In this document: positions 39,806-50,519 of the stretch, one piece after another
How positions within the stretch are numbered: position 1 is the stretch's first letter
Layout: each line of letters opens with the position of its first letter
Assembly: GCA_948434985.1 (NCBI GenBank)
Contig: CAOJFV010000003.1
Coordinates: 6,355-70,354, forward strand
Source: an uncultured Clostridium sp.
GTDB taxonomy: Bacteria > Bacillota > Clostridia > TANB77 > CAG-508
Direction: 5' to 3'
Length of the DNA: 64,000 nt
Notes under the pieces: model-generated
Database searches by the model: none
Told to the model about the DNA's origin: nothing
The model's input: only the letters and a program-made list of their open reading frames with translations
Translations under genes and position numbers: made by a program

Positions 39806-42800
39806 CTATTTACTTACAAATATTACTTGTATATTATCCTTTAAAATAGTACTCATTTCAAACCAACCAGTTTTTGTACTTGATCCAACATTTGATACAT
39901 ACCCTTTGGTTCCATCTGCCTCTAGTACTGGGAAATAGTGTCCTGTTGTACTACTCCATTGTCCACTATATCCTTTTTTTGGTCCTCCTGCATATATTAT
40001 AACTGCATCTCCATTTTTTAGATGTGATAATACTGTTTCAGCAGAAGGTTTATTTACTCTTGTTGCTTTTAATCCATGTTGTTCTAATACACTTGTTATA
40101 TTAATCATTGTACCGTCTTTTGGTCTAATATCTTCTGGGTTTTTATCTATTCCATATCCACTTAATATAACTGCAACACTTGTTACAGAACATCCCTTAT
40201 GGTGCATAGTTCCACTTGCATATTTATTTTCTGCCCATGGTCCTTTGTATTGTAGGTATTCAACAAATGATTTTCCGTGAGCCTGTTGTATATATTCCTC
40301 TATAGCCATCTCCTGCAGCTCCTGTTAATCCTCCCACAGGACTTGTATACGCAGTTATGTCTATACCAACAACTTGATAAAATTTGCTCATTTGCGACAT
40401 AACATTTCTTACCCAATCATCAGCTTGTGTTGGATATTCTGGTGAATTTGGGCAATATGTTGCGCCTATTGCTCCTATTGTATATTTATTTTGAGTGTAA
40501 TAATAACTTCCATTTGCTATATTATCACCAAATCCATTTATTGATTCTGCTACCGAATCAAAAATTCTATAGTGAGATTCTCCCTCTCCATTATGAATAA
40601 TTCCATAATGTGTTGTTGAAGATGTTTTTTGGTTAAACCAGTTATTCCACATTTCTCCTTGGTAAGAACCCACTGCTTGATATACATTACCATTTTTAGG
40701 ATTTACTCTTCCAGTATAGTTTATTGCGTTACCACTGTTTCCTCCTGCTGTTTCTATAATTGATACAGATGCTGCAAATAAGGCATTTACTTTATATGTG
40801 TTTTGCATATCTAAAAAGCTTTGGGCATTTTCTACTAGTTTGTCACTATTTGAATATCCTTCTTGCAATGCTTTTTTTAATTCTTCTATATCTGTAATGA
40901 ATAATTGTTCATTATGTACATCTAGTCCGTCCTGTGTAGCTTCCTTCTACATATCCTGTACTCGCAAATATACTTATGAGTTCACTTATATCTAATTTTT
41001 CACCTGTTTTATAGAAATGTATCAAATATCTCATTAATTGAGCATGCATTTGTGTATTTTCTGATTTTTCTAGTTGGTCATATAGTAATTCTTCACTTGA
41101 TAAGATATTTCCAACTGGTGATTCATATTTAAATACTCTATTAGGAATTTTATATTTTACTAAAAATCCGTCTGGTGCATATGATGCTCCCTCTATATAC
41201 TCTCCTAACCAAATACTTTTCCATAATCCTAAAAATTTACTTTCATCTATTTGTACATTGTTTGTTTCTAATTGCATTTCTTCTTTTACTACTGTTTCTT
41301 TTGTAGTTTCACTTCTTTCAACTTGCCACTCACCTTCTTCGACCTCTTCAGCTTTATCTGCACCCTCTTGGTCTCCTAAAGGTGTTTCTATTCCATCTTC
41401 TCCTGATGGATATTCTGTAGTTTTGTCTTTTTTGTAAGTTGCCTCTTGTTTAACTACCCATACATCTGCTTTTGTAACAACCGCTGTTATTGAATTTATT
41501 TCTTGTGTTGTGATTGTTGTCTCTATTATTTCTTCACTTAATTCATCTTTTTGTGTTCTTTTTATTTCTGTTTCTGGCTCATCATTTTCATCTGGATTCT
41601 CATCTGGATTATTATCTGGCTTTTCATTTTTATCTGGATTTTTATTTTCTCCCTTATCTGGTGTAGTAGTTCCTTCGTTTTTATCTGGATCCTTATTTTC
41701 ACCTTTTCCTGGTGTAGTAGTTCCTTCATTTTTATCTGGATTCTTATTTTCGCCTTTCCCTGGTGTAGTTGTTCCTTCGTTTTTATCCGGATTTTTATTT
41801 TCTCCCTTACTTGGTGTACTTGTTCCTCCACTTGTGCCTGATGTGCTAGTCGGGTTTTTAGTTGTTGTTCCTGTATTTGGTGCTTTTGTCTTTGTAGTGC
41901 TTGTAGCAAGTCTTGTAACTGATTCTCTATTAAAGCTTCTACTTGAAGCATCACCTTCGTATTTTTGCTTTGGTACTTCTTTTTCATCAACCCATCTACT
42001 TCTAATTTTATATCTATATGTCTCTTCTGTAGTAACTACTTGTGTAGTGTCGAATATGGTAAGTTCAATTTCTCCACCTTGAACTAAATCTGCTACTGCT
42101 GATACATATTCTGCATTTTGACTTAGTTGTTGTAATGTAATAAAGAATTCGAACGGAACACTGTATCCAGATATAAGTGTTTGATATGGTATTTCTACTT
42201 TTTCTAATGTAGTTTCTGTCTCAGTTGTCCCATCTGGTGCTTTAGATGTCGTTTTACTAGATTTTGCCACACATAACATCCAGTCTTCATCTAAAGAAAA
42301 GTATTTTAATGCTGAAGTATCATTTTCTTCAATTAATTTTACAAGGTCATCGTGTTTTTTATATGTTAAATCTATTGTACTATCTCCTGTTTGTCTTTTA
42401 ATTTTTACAATTCCTTGTACTTCTTCTCCAAATGTATCTTTAATAAAATCTACTGCTGTTGCTCCTGGAATTAGAACCTTTGTAGCTATATCTTTCATCG
42501 TATCCGCTGGACTATCTTTTATATATGGTAACTGTGTTCCAAGTGATGCTGACATAAATTTATATAAATACAAATCAGCTTGCAAACTATTTCCTAAATA
42601 TAATTCTTTTTTATCTATGTTTGCTGCTTCTAATTCTTTATTAATCAAATCTATCATTTCTTTAGGGCTAGGTGCTATTGGTCCATTATCTCCCGCTATT
42701 ATATAGGTGGATATAGAGCTTAAAATCGTACTACCAATTTCACGTACTTTGTCAACAATAACATATATCATAAGAACTGACATTATTGCTACAATTGCTG

Positions 42801-43008
42801 CAAAAATGTATGGCGCTATAGGTATTAGAATTTTAGTTAGAACTTTTTTTGCTCCTCCTACTACTGCTTTTCCAACTTTTTTTCCAACTTCTTTTGCTAC
42901 TCGTTCACCTGCATCTTTTATAGCTTGTTCAGCCATTTGCTTTCCCTGCTCTGCTATTTGGTGTCCTACACTTTGTTCTTGTTGTTCTTCGTTTTCTTGA
43001 TCTTCCAT
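39806..43008 (-). CDS. T4SS-associated giant membrane-anchored cell-wall hydrolase (CwlT/TcpG/PrgK analogue), interrupted at CGG 40927-40929 and 40274-40276. It combines a glucosaminidase/lysozyme-like domain and a C39-like cysteine peptidase domain.
   Basis: Three ORFs join as ..EGSYTG G LDVHNEQ..QEGYSNSDKL.. and ..IYTTGS G KSFVEYLQYKGPW... Motifs NALFAASVSIIETAGG and HHKGCSVTSVAVILSGYG. N-terminal TM and GENKNPDKNEGTTTP repeats. Confidence 0.65.
41629..41820 (-). repeat. Four tandem coding repeats with a 48-nt period (KGENKNPDKNEGTTTPG).
   Basis: Read from the protein PSKGENKNPDKNEGTTTPGKGENKNPDKNEGTTTPGKGENKDPDKNEGTTTPDKGENKNPDKNE. Confidence 0.8.
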
Positions 43009-43042
43009 ATTCTCACCTCCTTCAAAATTTATACTACTATTC

Positions 43043-43999
43043 CTACACATTCACTTCAATTGTTGTTCTTGGATAGTCTTTTTTATTTTCAGTATTATTG
43101 TATTCTTCTAAATTTGTTATTACATCTGTAAAAGTTAGTTTGTTTACTTGTATATTGGGACTATAAATTTTATTTATTTTTATGCTTATATTTTTGTATA
43201 TACGAGGTTTTATTGTTAAAAAAGTGTCTTCTATTTCATACATAAAAGCTGTATACGTTGCACCATTTGACCCTGTTGCATATACCGATTTTGACTTTTC
43301 TTTTGTATCTAGTAATATTGTATTTTTAGTATTGTTTTCTACTTTAATGTTATATATTTCATAGTTCATATTGGTTTCTTTTCCTAGAACTGTTACTATA
43401 ATATCTTCTTGTTTGGTTTGTTTGTTTACATTTGTTTTACCAATAAAACTGTTTAAGTTTATTTTGTAGTTATTATTTTCTTTTACTATTGTTACATAGT
43501 CCTCTACTACTTCTCCTGTACTTCCTGTAGAGAGTACATCATTTAATATTCTTACTTTATACGTAGGATTGCTTGAATTTATCCAAGCTTGCATATTATA
43601 GGTTTTAGTAGTAGTAAATATTTTTTCTACATAATCTTTCTTAAAGTTTTCTATACTATTTGAGAATTTTTCTTCTTTACATTCGTCTGTCAATAAGTTA
43701 TATGCTTTTTCTATTTCTTTTGAATTACAGTATTTTATAAACTCGTCCATAACTTTTGTATTTTGCTCTTGTTTTTCTTCTTTAACATTGCTTCCTAAAA
43801 CTGCTGTTTCTTGTGGTTTATAACTGCTTGTAGAATTTGTATTTATTGTATTTTTGTTTTTATTTTGGTTTGCACCTTTTGCAAATTCATTTAATATTCG
43901 TATTAGACATAGAACAAGGATAATAGCGACTATAATAGCTAGTATCTTGTATCTATTTTCGAATATGTTTCTTCGTAAGTTACTATTTTTTATAATCAT
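43043..43999 (-). CDS. Membrane-anchored protein, TcpC/VirB8-like by position and architecture (tentative).
   Basis: N-terminal TM, an extracytoplasmic alpha+beta region, and a position between the VirB6-like gene and the hydrolase. Confidence 0.35.
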   Translation of the reverse strand: MIIKNSNLRRNIFENRYKILAIIVAIILVLCLIRILNEFAKGANQNKNKNTINTNSTSSYKPQETAVLGSNVKEEKQEQNTKVMDEFIKYCNSKEIEKAYNLLTDECKEEKFSNSIENFKKDYVEKIFTTTKTYNMQAWINSSNPTYKVRILNDVLSTGSTGEVVEDYVTIVKENNNYKINLNSFIGKTNVNKQTKQEDIIVTVLGKETNMNYEIYNIKVENNTKNTILLDTKEKSKSVYATGSNGATYTAFMYEIEDTFLTIKPRIYKNISIKINKIYSPNIQVNKLTFTDVITNLEEYNNTENKKDYPRTTIEVNV

Positions 44000-44024
44000 T
44001 CTATTATCCTCCTAGTGTATAAAT

Positions 44025-46697
44025 TTATGGAGTATTATACCAATCTCTATATCCTTGTAATATTTCATTTGCAATTGCTCTTTTTTGTTTTGCATCTCCA
44101 CTTGCTATTTGACTTTCTATATTCTTTAATGTTGCCTCTGTTGCTTTTGCATCTGAATTATAAACTGCTTTTCTATCAATTGCATCATAACTTTGAGCTA
44201 TATTTTGTACTTTTCCTCTTATTTCTTTTCTATCTCCACCATTTTTTGCATATTGTGCTTCTAGATGTAATGCTTTTCTTATCTGCTTTGTATCTGTAAT
44301 TCCTACTTGTCTATATTCTCTTGTTGCTTTATCAAATTCTTCTTTTGACATTGCATATTTTCCATCTTTAAAATATTTCTCATATTCGTCTCTATGTTCT
44401 TGACTCCTTAAATGTTCCGCATCTGCTTTTGCATTTTTATAATCTGTTGCACTTCCATATTTAGCTGTTCCTAATATTTCTCTAGTAGTATGTTCATTTT
44501 TTGGTATTTTCTTTCCTACTGTACCTTCAAATACTCTACCTGTAAGAGTTCCTCCTCCAGTTGCTGCTGCAATTCCCATACCTATTGATTGTTCTGCATC
44601 TCCTGTAAGTGCTGCTCCTGCTGCTACTCCTACTGCTCCTACAAATGCTGCTCCAGCTCCTTGTACTACTCCTTTTCCTACTGAACGTACAAATTTCTTT
44701 CCTAATTCTGGTGCTGCTGTTTTTATTCCTTTTATTGTATTATATGCTCCTACTCCTGCTCTTCTTTTTAGTTCATTTATTGATTTTCTCCTATCTTCTT
44801 TTGTTCCAAATGATAATCTATTTGGATCTCTTCTTTTTCTTGATTTTTCTTCTAATTTTCTTTCTTTTGCTTCTTCTTTTGCTTTTCTCTCTTGCTCTTT
44901 TAGACTATTCCATGTTGGTCTTCTATTTGATTCTGCATTTTCTTGATCTAGTTCATCTTGTATTCTATTCATAGTTTGTGCCCAAGTTTCAGGTTGTTCT
45001 GGTCCAAGATTTCTCATTGCTTGTTGTACATTTTCATTGCCTTGTGGAGCTGAATTTTGTTGTGCTTTCCTTTGAGCTTCTAACTCTGCATATCTTTCTT
45101 GTTTTTGTCTCATTTGTTCTGCTAGTTCTGGATCATTCCATACAGCACCACTTTCTTCTAATTCATCTATCTCTTTTCCTAATATATCCATTTCTTCTTG
45201 TCCTGCAAATGGTATATCTTCATCTGGTGGTAGTACTCCTCCTCCATTATTTCCATTTGGCGATGGTACTCCTCCTCCATTATTTCCATCTGGTGATGGT
45301 ACTTCTCCTTCATTTCCATTTGGAGATCTTGTATTTCCTCCATCATCTATTTGTGCTAGTCCTTGATTGCTCTCTTTATCAAATGAATTATATCCTTTAT
45401 TTGCTCCTGGATCTTTTCCTTGTCTTTCGTTTGTTCTAACCTTTCCTGAAGGTCCTCCTTTTTGTTTTCTCATAGACATTATTGCTTTATTTGCCACACC
45501 TGTTAACCCAGCAGCCGTAGCAAGTGAACCAATAGTTCCTGCACTTGCTTTATCAAATCCAAACATCTTTTTAAATAGTTTTTCCGCCGCTGTTATAAAT
45601 CCTAAACATACTATTGCATATAATGGATTCTGTATAGCAAGTTCTGTTGCTGCTCCTAGTAGTATAGTATATAAAAATAAATGTAATGGTTGTAATAGAG
45701 CATTAAATGCAAATTCTTTTATCCATAATCCAAATGCTTGTGCTTTTCCATCTGATACTTTATCTATTGGGTATGTTACTGTTATAATTGGTGCTATTAG
45801 TGTTAAAAATGCCATATTTACTACCCTTTTTAGATAAACCCAAGTAAATTTAATCGAAAATATCATTAACATAAAGTATAAAAGACAAAATGATACTTTT
45901 TCTGTAAAATCTGTACATTGTACCATAAATCTTACATAATTCATTAATGTCATATCAAATACTTTTCCTTCTTGTTCAACATATACTGATACCATATTAT
46001 TATCACTTGTAACTATCATTGATGTTACTACTTCAGACATTGTTAATGCAAATGACATTATATAATGAAGTGCAAATAATAAGCACATTGCTATTAACCA
46101 ATCCATTATCATCTTTTTATATTTTGCTTTATCTGCTGCAATACCTGTTAATAGCATTCTTATTCCTAAATAAACAAGTACAGATAATAATCCTACAAGT
46201 GCAAGTGTTCTCATTGCCACATACCAACTTGATATTACTGGTCGTAATTTTAGTGCTATATTATATTGGTTATCTGTTTCTTCATCTCCAGTAGTTACAG
46301 ATGGCTTTATAAAATTTACATCTAACCCTGGTACTTTATTTGCAAATATTGCTTCTGGAGTATATTGTATATCTGGCACATTTGCTTCATCTAGTCCAAA
46401 AAACGAACCATCTATTTTTTTATCTACTGTTATTGTTGCTTTATCTGGTGGTGTACTTGATGTTTCTGCATTACTTAATGTTTGATCCATAAAATAATTT
46501 GGTCTTCCTAATATTGTCCATTCTAGCAAGTATTGTCCAATATCTGCTATTCCTGTAATAAGTGAAACTAATGGACTCATTAATATTCCTCCAGCATCTG
46601 CACTTACAGGTTTTGGTACTGAAAATGTTAGTAGCATTACAGTTAATATTACAATTAGTACTTTTTTTGTTATACTCCTATTTGTAAAAATTTTCAT
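44025..46697 (-). CDS. VirB6/TcpH-like polytopic channel protein with a 500-aa low-complexity, coiled-coil C-terminal region.
   Basis: Signal/TM plus about 7 TM helices, immediately downstream of VirB4. Repeats VPSPDGNNGGG / VPSPNGNNGGG and a Gly/Ala-rich tail. Confidence 0.55.
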   Translation of the reverse strand: MKIFTNRSITKKVLIVILTVMLLTFSVPKPVSADAGGILMSPLVSLITGIADIGQYLLEWTILGRPNYFMDQTLSNAETSSTPPDKATITVDKKIDGSFFGLDEANVPDIQYTPEAIFANKVPGLDVNFIKPSVTTGDEETDNQYNIALKLRPVISSWYVAMRTLALVGLLSVLVYLGIRMLLTGIAADKAKYKKMIMDWLIAMCLLFALHYIMSFALTMSEVVTSMIVTSDNNMVSVYVEQEGKVFDMTLMNYVRFMVQCTDFTEKVSFCLLYFMLMIFSIKFTWVYLKRVVNMAFLTLIAPIITVTYPIDKVSDGKAQAFGLWIKEFAFNALLQPLHLFLYTILLGAATELAIQNPLYAIVCLGFITAAEKLFKKMFGFDKASAGTIGSLATAAGLTGVANKAIMSMRKQKGGPSGKVRTNERQGKDPGANKGYNSFDKESNQGLAQIDDGGNTRSPNGNEGEVPSPDGNNGGGVPSPNGNNGGGVLPPDEDIPFAGQEEMDILGKEIDELEESGAVWNDPELAEQMRQKQERYAELEAQRKAQQNSAPQGNENVQQAMRNLGPEQPETWAQTMNRIQDELDQENAESNRRPTWNSLKEQERKAKEEAKERKLEEKSRKRRDPNRLSFGTKEDRRKSINELKRRAGVGAYNTIKGIKTAAPELGKKFVRSVGKGVVQGAGAAFVGAVGVAAGAALTGDAEQSIGMGIAAATGGGTLTGRVFEGTVGKKIPKNEHTTREILGTAKYGSATDYKNAKADAEHLRSQEHRDEYEKYFKDGKYAMSKEEFDKATREYRQVGITDTKQIRKALHLEAQYAKNGGDRKEIRGKVQNIAQSYDAIDRKAVYNSDAKATEATLKNIESQIASGDAKQKRAIANEILQGYRDWYNTP

Positions 46698-46710
46698 AGT
46701 TACTCCTTCT

Positions 46711-48687
46711 TTAACCTATTGCTTTTCTCTTTTTTGAATTTACTATGTTGTTTAAGTTTGTTTCGACAAATTCGAATTCTTTCTGAGTTGGTGTTATTTG
46801 TAAAATTGCTGTGTCTCCACCTACTTTTAATAATCCTTCTCCTTTTAAACAGGTTACTAAGAATCCTGCTTCTCCTTCTGAAAGTTTGAATACTTCTTTT
46901 AGGTATCCAATTTCAGATTTATCTTGTGCTAAAAATAGTTTTGTATCTGATGATGTTAGTACTGCTTGTGCTTCTGGTTTTTCGTAGAAGTCTTGGAATC
47001 TTTGTGATATGATTGCAAGAGAAACATTTCTTTTTCTTGCACGTCTTGCCATTGTATTTAAGAAATCTACTGCTTCTGGGTATGGTAGTAACATCCAAGC
47101 TTCGTCTACTAGCACCCTTTTTTTACTTGCTTTTGTTCTATCTTCTGAATTTTTCTTTACATATTTTTCCCATATCCAAGAAAGTAAGATTTGTTGTGCA
47201 AGTGGTCTTGCAAATCTTTCTTCTAGTTGTGATATGTCTAGATTTATAAATGGTGCTCCATCCAATAGTTCAAATGTTGATTGTCCATCAAAGTACGCCA
47301 TTTGTCCTTCGTATTCTCTTATGTATTGTTTCATTACTTTTAATAAATAGCTATAATGAAATTTATAGTCTTGGTTGTCATTTTCTTCTGCTTTTTTCTG
47401 TATTCTTTTATACCAACTTCCTATTGTGGGCATCATTTTCTTTCTTTTTGCTAACATATCTCCTCTAAGTCCTGATTCATCTCTTTCATATAAACTTGCA
47501 GGATCAGATGTTATTCCTACTCTTGCATACTCTTCGGCAATTGATTCTGCAATTATTTGTTTTGTCAATTCATTTACTTCTTTACTTCTTGTACTTCCTC
47601 TTGCCATTGTAAGTAATGCTTGTGTTACGTCTTCTACTTTGTTTTCAACATTTAGTACTACTCTTTCTTTTCCTGTTATTTCATCTTTTATTATTTCTGG
47701 TTCTATATCAAATAAGTTTATAACTGTTTTTGAATTTGGTCCTAGTACAACGTTTATTCCTCCTAGGGATTCTGCAACTATAGAATATTCTCCTTCTGCA
47801 TCTAATGCTAAGCTTTCTATTCCCATTAACACTGCTGATCTTGATATTAATGTTTTCATTGTTACAGATTTTCCTGCACCAGATTTTGCAAATATTACCA
47901 TATTGTAGTTTGAAAGTGATGAATGGAAGTTATCAAATAAAATTGGCACCCCAGTTTGTTTGTTAAACCCAAGTGGAACTCCTGTAGGATGTCCTACTTC
48001 TGATGTGGTGAATGGGAAAATTGTTCCCATTGAACGTCTATCAAATGTATGTACTTTTTTTATTTTATTGTCCATTAATGGTAAGTTACTTTTAAATGCA
48101 TCTTCTTGTATTCCCCATGCACTTTTTATTCCTACTAGGGATTTAGACATTTCTGTTGCTAGTAAGCTTGTAAATTTATCTAAGTCTTCTAGGCTATACG
48201 CAAATAATGTTGATACTATTGATGCTTCGTATAGTTTATTAAATCCTGCTGCTATTTCATCTCTTAGTTGTTCTGCTTCATATCTTTTTTGTCCTACTGT
48301 GCTTTGTCTATTTATATTTCCTCTATCTGCTGCAACAATTCTTTCTGTTTCTAATTGATTTATTACTCTGTTTAATTCATTTTGTGATTTTGCTTCTGGT
48401 ACAGGGTTTATATATATTGATGTGTTTACATCTCCAAATAAGTATAAATCTCTAAATAGTTCTGGAAATATTGCCATTCTAGGTAATGCTGATACAAAGA
48501 AGCTTCTTGCATATCTTTTTGTATTTGATACGATTTCTAGGTGATCTATGTTTGAAGCATCTATTCCTGATGGAGCAATTAATTCTTTTATTGTTTTTTG
48601 TTTTAATATATCGTATTCTGGCTCATTATTCTGCACTATGTTTTGGTTTTCTTCCTCTTTTTTTAGGTTTTGCTTCTTCCCCCACAT
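46711..48687 (-). CDS. VirB4-family conjugation/T4SS ATPase (Gram-positive CD1110/TcpF/PrgJ type).
   Basis: IAPSGID..YARSFFVSALPR, Walker A KSGAGKSVTMK and Walker B RVLVDEAWMLL. Confidence 0.8.
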   Translation of the reverse strand: MWGKKQNLKKEEENQNIVQNNEPEYDILKQKTIKELIAPSGIDASNIDHLEIVSNTKRYARSFFVSALPRMAIFPELFRDLYLFGDVNTSIYINPVPEAKSQNELNRVINQLETERIVAADRGNINRQSTVGQKRYEAEQLRDEIAAGFNKLYEASIVSTLFAYSLEDLDKFTSLLATEMSKSLVGIKSAWGIQEDAFKSNLPLMDNKIKKVHTFDRRSMGTIFPFTTSEVGHPTGVPLGFNKQTGVPILFDNFHSSLSNYNMVIFAKSGAGKSVTMKTLISRSAVLMGIESLALDAEGEYSIVAESLGGINVVLGPNSKTVINLFDIEPEIIKDEITGKERVVLNVENKVEDVTQALLTMARGSTRSKEVNELTKQIIAESIAEEYARVGITSDPASLYERDESGLRGDMLAKRKKMMPTIGSWYKRIQKKAEENDNQDYKFHYSYLLKVMKQYIREYEGQMAYFDGQSTFELLDGAPFINLDISQLEERFARPLAQQILLSWIWEKYVKKNSEDRTKASKKRVLVDEAWMLLPYPEAVDFLNTMARRARKRNVSLAIISQRFQDFYEKPEAQAVLTSSDTKLFLAQDKSEIGYLKEVFKLSEGEAGFLVTCLKGEGLLKVGGDTAILQITPTQKEFEFVETNLNNIVNSKKRKAIG

Positions 48688-49957
48688 TAGTATCTCCTCC
48701 TTTGTACTCTTCTTTTTTCACTTTTGACTCTTCACTATTTGTTTTCTTAGGCCTTCCTCTTCTTTTTGTGCTGACTTTTTCTTCAATTATCTCATTTTTT
48801 TCTTCATTTGCTTCTTCTTTTATCATTTCTATTGCTTTATTTGAAGTATCTCTTCCTAAATATGCTGCATTTTGCCTTAGTATTGCTTCTGCCCTTTCAC
48901 GAATTAGTTCCCCAAATCGTGCTTGTTTTCTTTCTATTTCTTGTTGTTTTTTTGTTCTTACTTGTACTACTTTTTCATTTATTAAATCTAAAGCTTGTTT
49001 TTCTATTTCTTGGTCTAGTATTTCCATTCTCTTATCTAATACGTCTGGAGCAGTAGTATATAATTCTTCATATCCTGAACGAATTGCTTTATCTATTCCA
49101 AATACTTCTGCTTCATCACGATTATATGCTACATATAATAAGTCTACTAATTCATTTGATGACATAATTTTTCCACTAACTTCACATCCTGCAAGTGTTC
49201 TTATTATTGATTGTGCTTTTGTATATAGTTCTGAAAATGCTAGATTCTTTATTTCTTCTTTATCAAATGCACTATTTCCTAAATCTTCTGGATAGTATGG
49301 TATGATTATGTAATATTTTTTGCTTAGTACATTCTTATTTAAACTCATTCTTTCTGTACTTGTTATTATATCTTTTCCATATTCATAAAGGTTAGTTTGT
49401 TTTGTTACTTCATAAAAGTCTTTTTCTAATTCTTCTTTAGGATATCCCCCAACTTGTAGCTTTTTAAGATATTCATTTTTCTTTTTTTCTAAATCTATTT
49501 CTATTTCTTGTAATCTTTTTTTATATCCTTCTAGGCTATTATTTAAGTTTACTGTTCTTGTTTGTACATATATTTGTATTGGGTGTCTTAATGTATTTAA
49601 AAATTGTAAAAATCCTTCTTCAACTGATACCTTTTCAGCCTCTGACATAAGGTCATAGTTTACTCCTTGGCATTCTATTACCATTAAGTATCTATTTCCA
49701 TTTTTTTGTACTATCATATTATCTTCTATTTTATCAAATTCCATAAATTTGAATATTGATTCTTTTGTATATTCTTTTGCTATTTTTTTTGCATCACTAG
49801 ATATTTGTTTATTTGTATCCTTAATTTTTTCACTTTCTTCTTTTTGTTTTGATTTAAATCTTACTACTAATAATACTACTGCAAGTGCCATTAATATAAA
49901 TATCATAATCATAAGCACTATCATTAATATATTTGTTAGTTGTTCTGCACTACTCAT
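48626..49957 (-). CDS. Membrane-anchored protein with a VirB4-N-terminal-like domain, a coiled coil and two C-terminal AT-hook-like motifs.
   Basis: TM ILMIVLMIMIFILMALAVVLLVV. The segment FDKIEDNMIVQKNGNRYLMVIECQGVNYDLMSEAEKVSVEEGFLQFLNTLRHPIQIYVQTR resembles the first domain of Gram-positive VirB4. The tail carries KRRGRPKKT and KKRGRKPKH. Confidence 0.5.
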   Translation of the reverse strand: MSSAEQLTNILMIVLMIMIFILMALAVVLLVVRFKSKQKEESEKIKDTNKQISSDAKKIAKEYTKESIFKFMEFDKIEDNMIVQKNGNRYLMVIECQGVNYDLMSEAEKVSVEEGFLQFLNTLRHPIQIYVQTRTVNLNNSLEGYKKRLQEIEIDLEKKKNEYLKKLQVGGYPKEELEKDFYEVTKQTNLYEYGKDIITSTERMSLNKNVLSKKYYIIIPYYPEDLGNSAFDKEEIKNLAFSELYTKAQSIIRTLAGCEVSGKIMSSNELVDLLYVAYNRDEAEVFGIDKAIRSGYEELYTTAPDVLDKRMEILDQEIEKQALDLINEKVVQVRTKKQQEIERKQARFGELIRERAEAILRQNAAYLGRDTSNKAIEMIKEEANEEKNEIIEEKVSTKRRGRPKKTNSEESKVKKEEYKGGDTNVGEEAKPKKRGRKPKHSAE

Positions 49958-50297
49958 CTTTTGTTTCCTCCTTATCATAAACATATATCCTGTTGTTTGA
50001 TTTTTTAAATTTTATTGCTCTTAATATGACTTCATCTATTGCTTCTCCTCCTACTTTTTTTGTAAAAGCAAATGACCCTATATCTGGTACTTTGAATGTT
50101 CCTATCGCAAACCCTATTAATGCAAAAACAGCAATTAATATCATTCCAATTAATCCAGCTCCCAATGCACTTAATATAAGATTTAAAATAATTCCAATTC
50201 CTGCACCTATTGCTGTATATATCATTGATTTACCTGTAAAGATAAATAATATTCTTCCCTCATCTTTTACATTTCTTGGTATATAATATGGTCCCAT
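49950..50297 (-). CDS. PrgI/VirB3-like small membrane protein.
   Basis: 115 aa, YYIPRNVKDEGRILFIFTGKSM followed by two TM helices. Its stop overlaps the next start (ATGAGTAG). Confidence 0.5.
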   Translation of the reverse strand: MGPYYIPRNVKDEGRILFIFTGKSMIYTAIGAGIGIILNLILSALGAGLIGMILIAVFALIGFAIGTFKVPDIGSFAFTKKVGGEAIDEVILRAIKFKKSNNRIYVYDKEETKDE

Positions 50298-50327
50298 AGC
50301 TTTTTTCCTCCTTTGTTCGCTATTACC

Positions 50328-50356
50328 ATTATACCAAATAAAGCAACAAAATGTAA
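50328..50356 (-). promoter_or_regulatory. Promoter TTACAT-17-TGgTATAAT for the PrgI-like to hydrolase transcription unit.
   Basis: Minus strand reads ttacat tttgttgctttatttgg tataat. Confidence 0.45.
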
Positions 50357-50463
50357 CATATTATACTAAAATATTATATTTTTAATATGTTTGTAATATA
50401 GGTGCAACAATGGGTTTGAAGTTCGGTTTTCATAAACAATTTTATGTATCTATGGCAACGAAA

Positions 50464-50494
50464 TAAAAAAACTAGGGATTTCTTATATCCCTAG
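50464..50494 (-). terminator. Rho-independent terminator after the 127-aa pilin-like gene.
   Basis: ctagggat ataagaa atccctag plus a T-run on the minus strand. Confidence 0.7.
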
Positions 50495-50519
50495 TATCTT
50501 TTGTTTCGTATTTCTTTTA

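Noticed and set aside
41629-41820. Regularly spaced repeats that might have been a CRISPR array or a satellite.
   Set aside because: The 48-nt period is in frame inside the hydrolase gene and encodes the 16-aa repeat GENKNPDKNEGTTTPG. There are no spacer-like unique units, and I saw no CRISPR array anywhere in the window.
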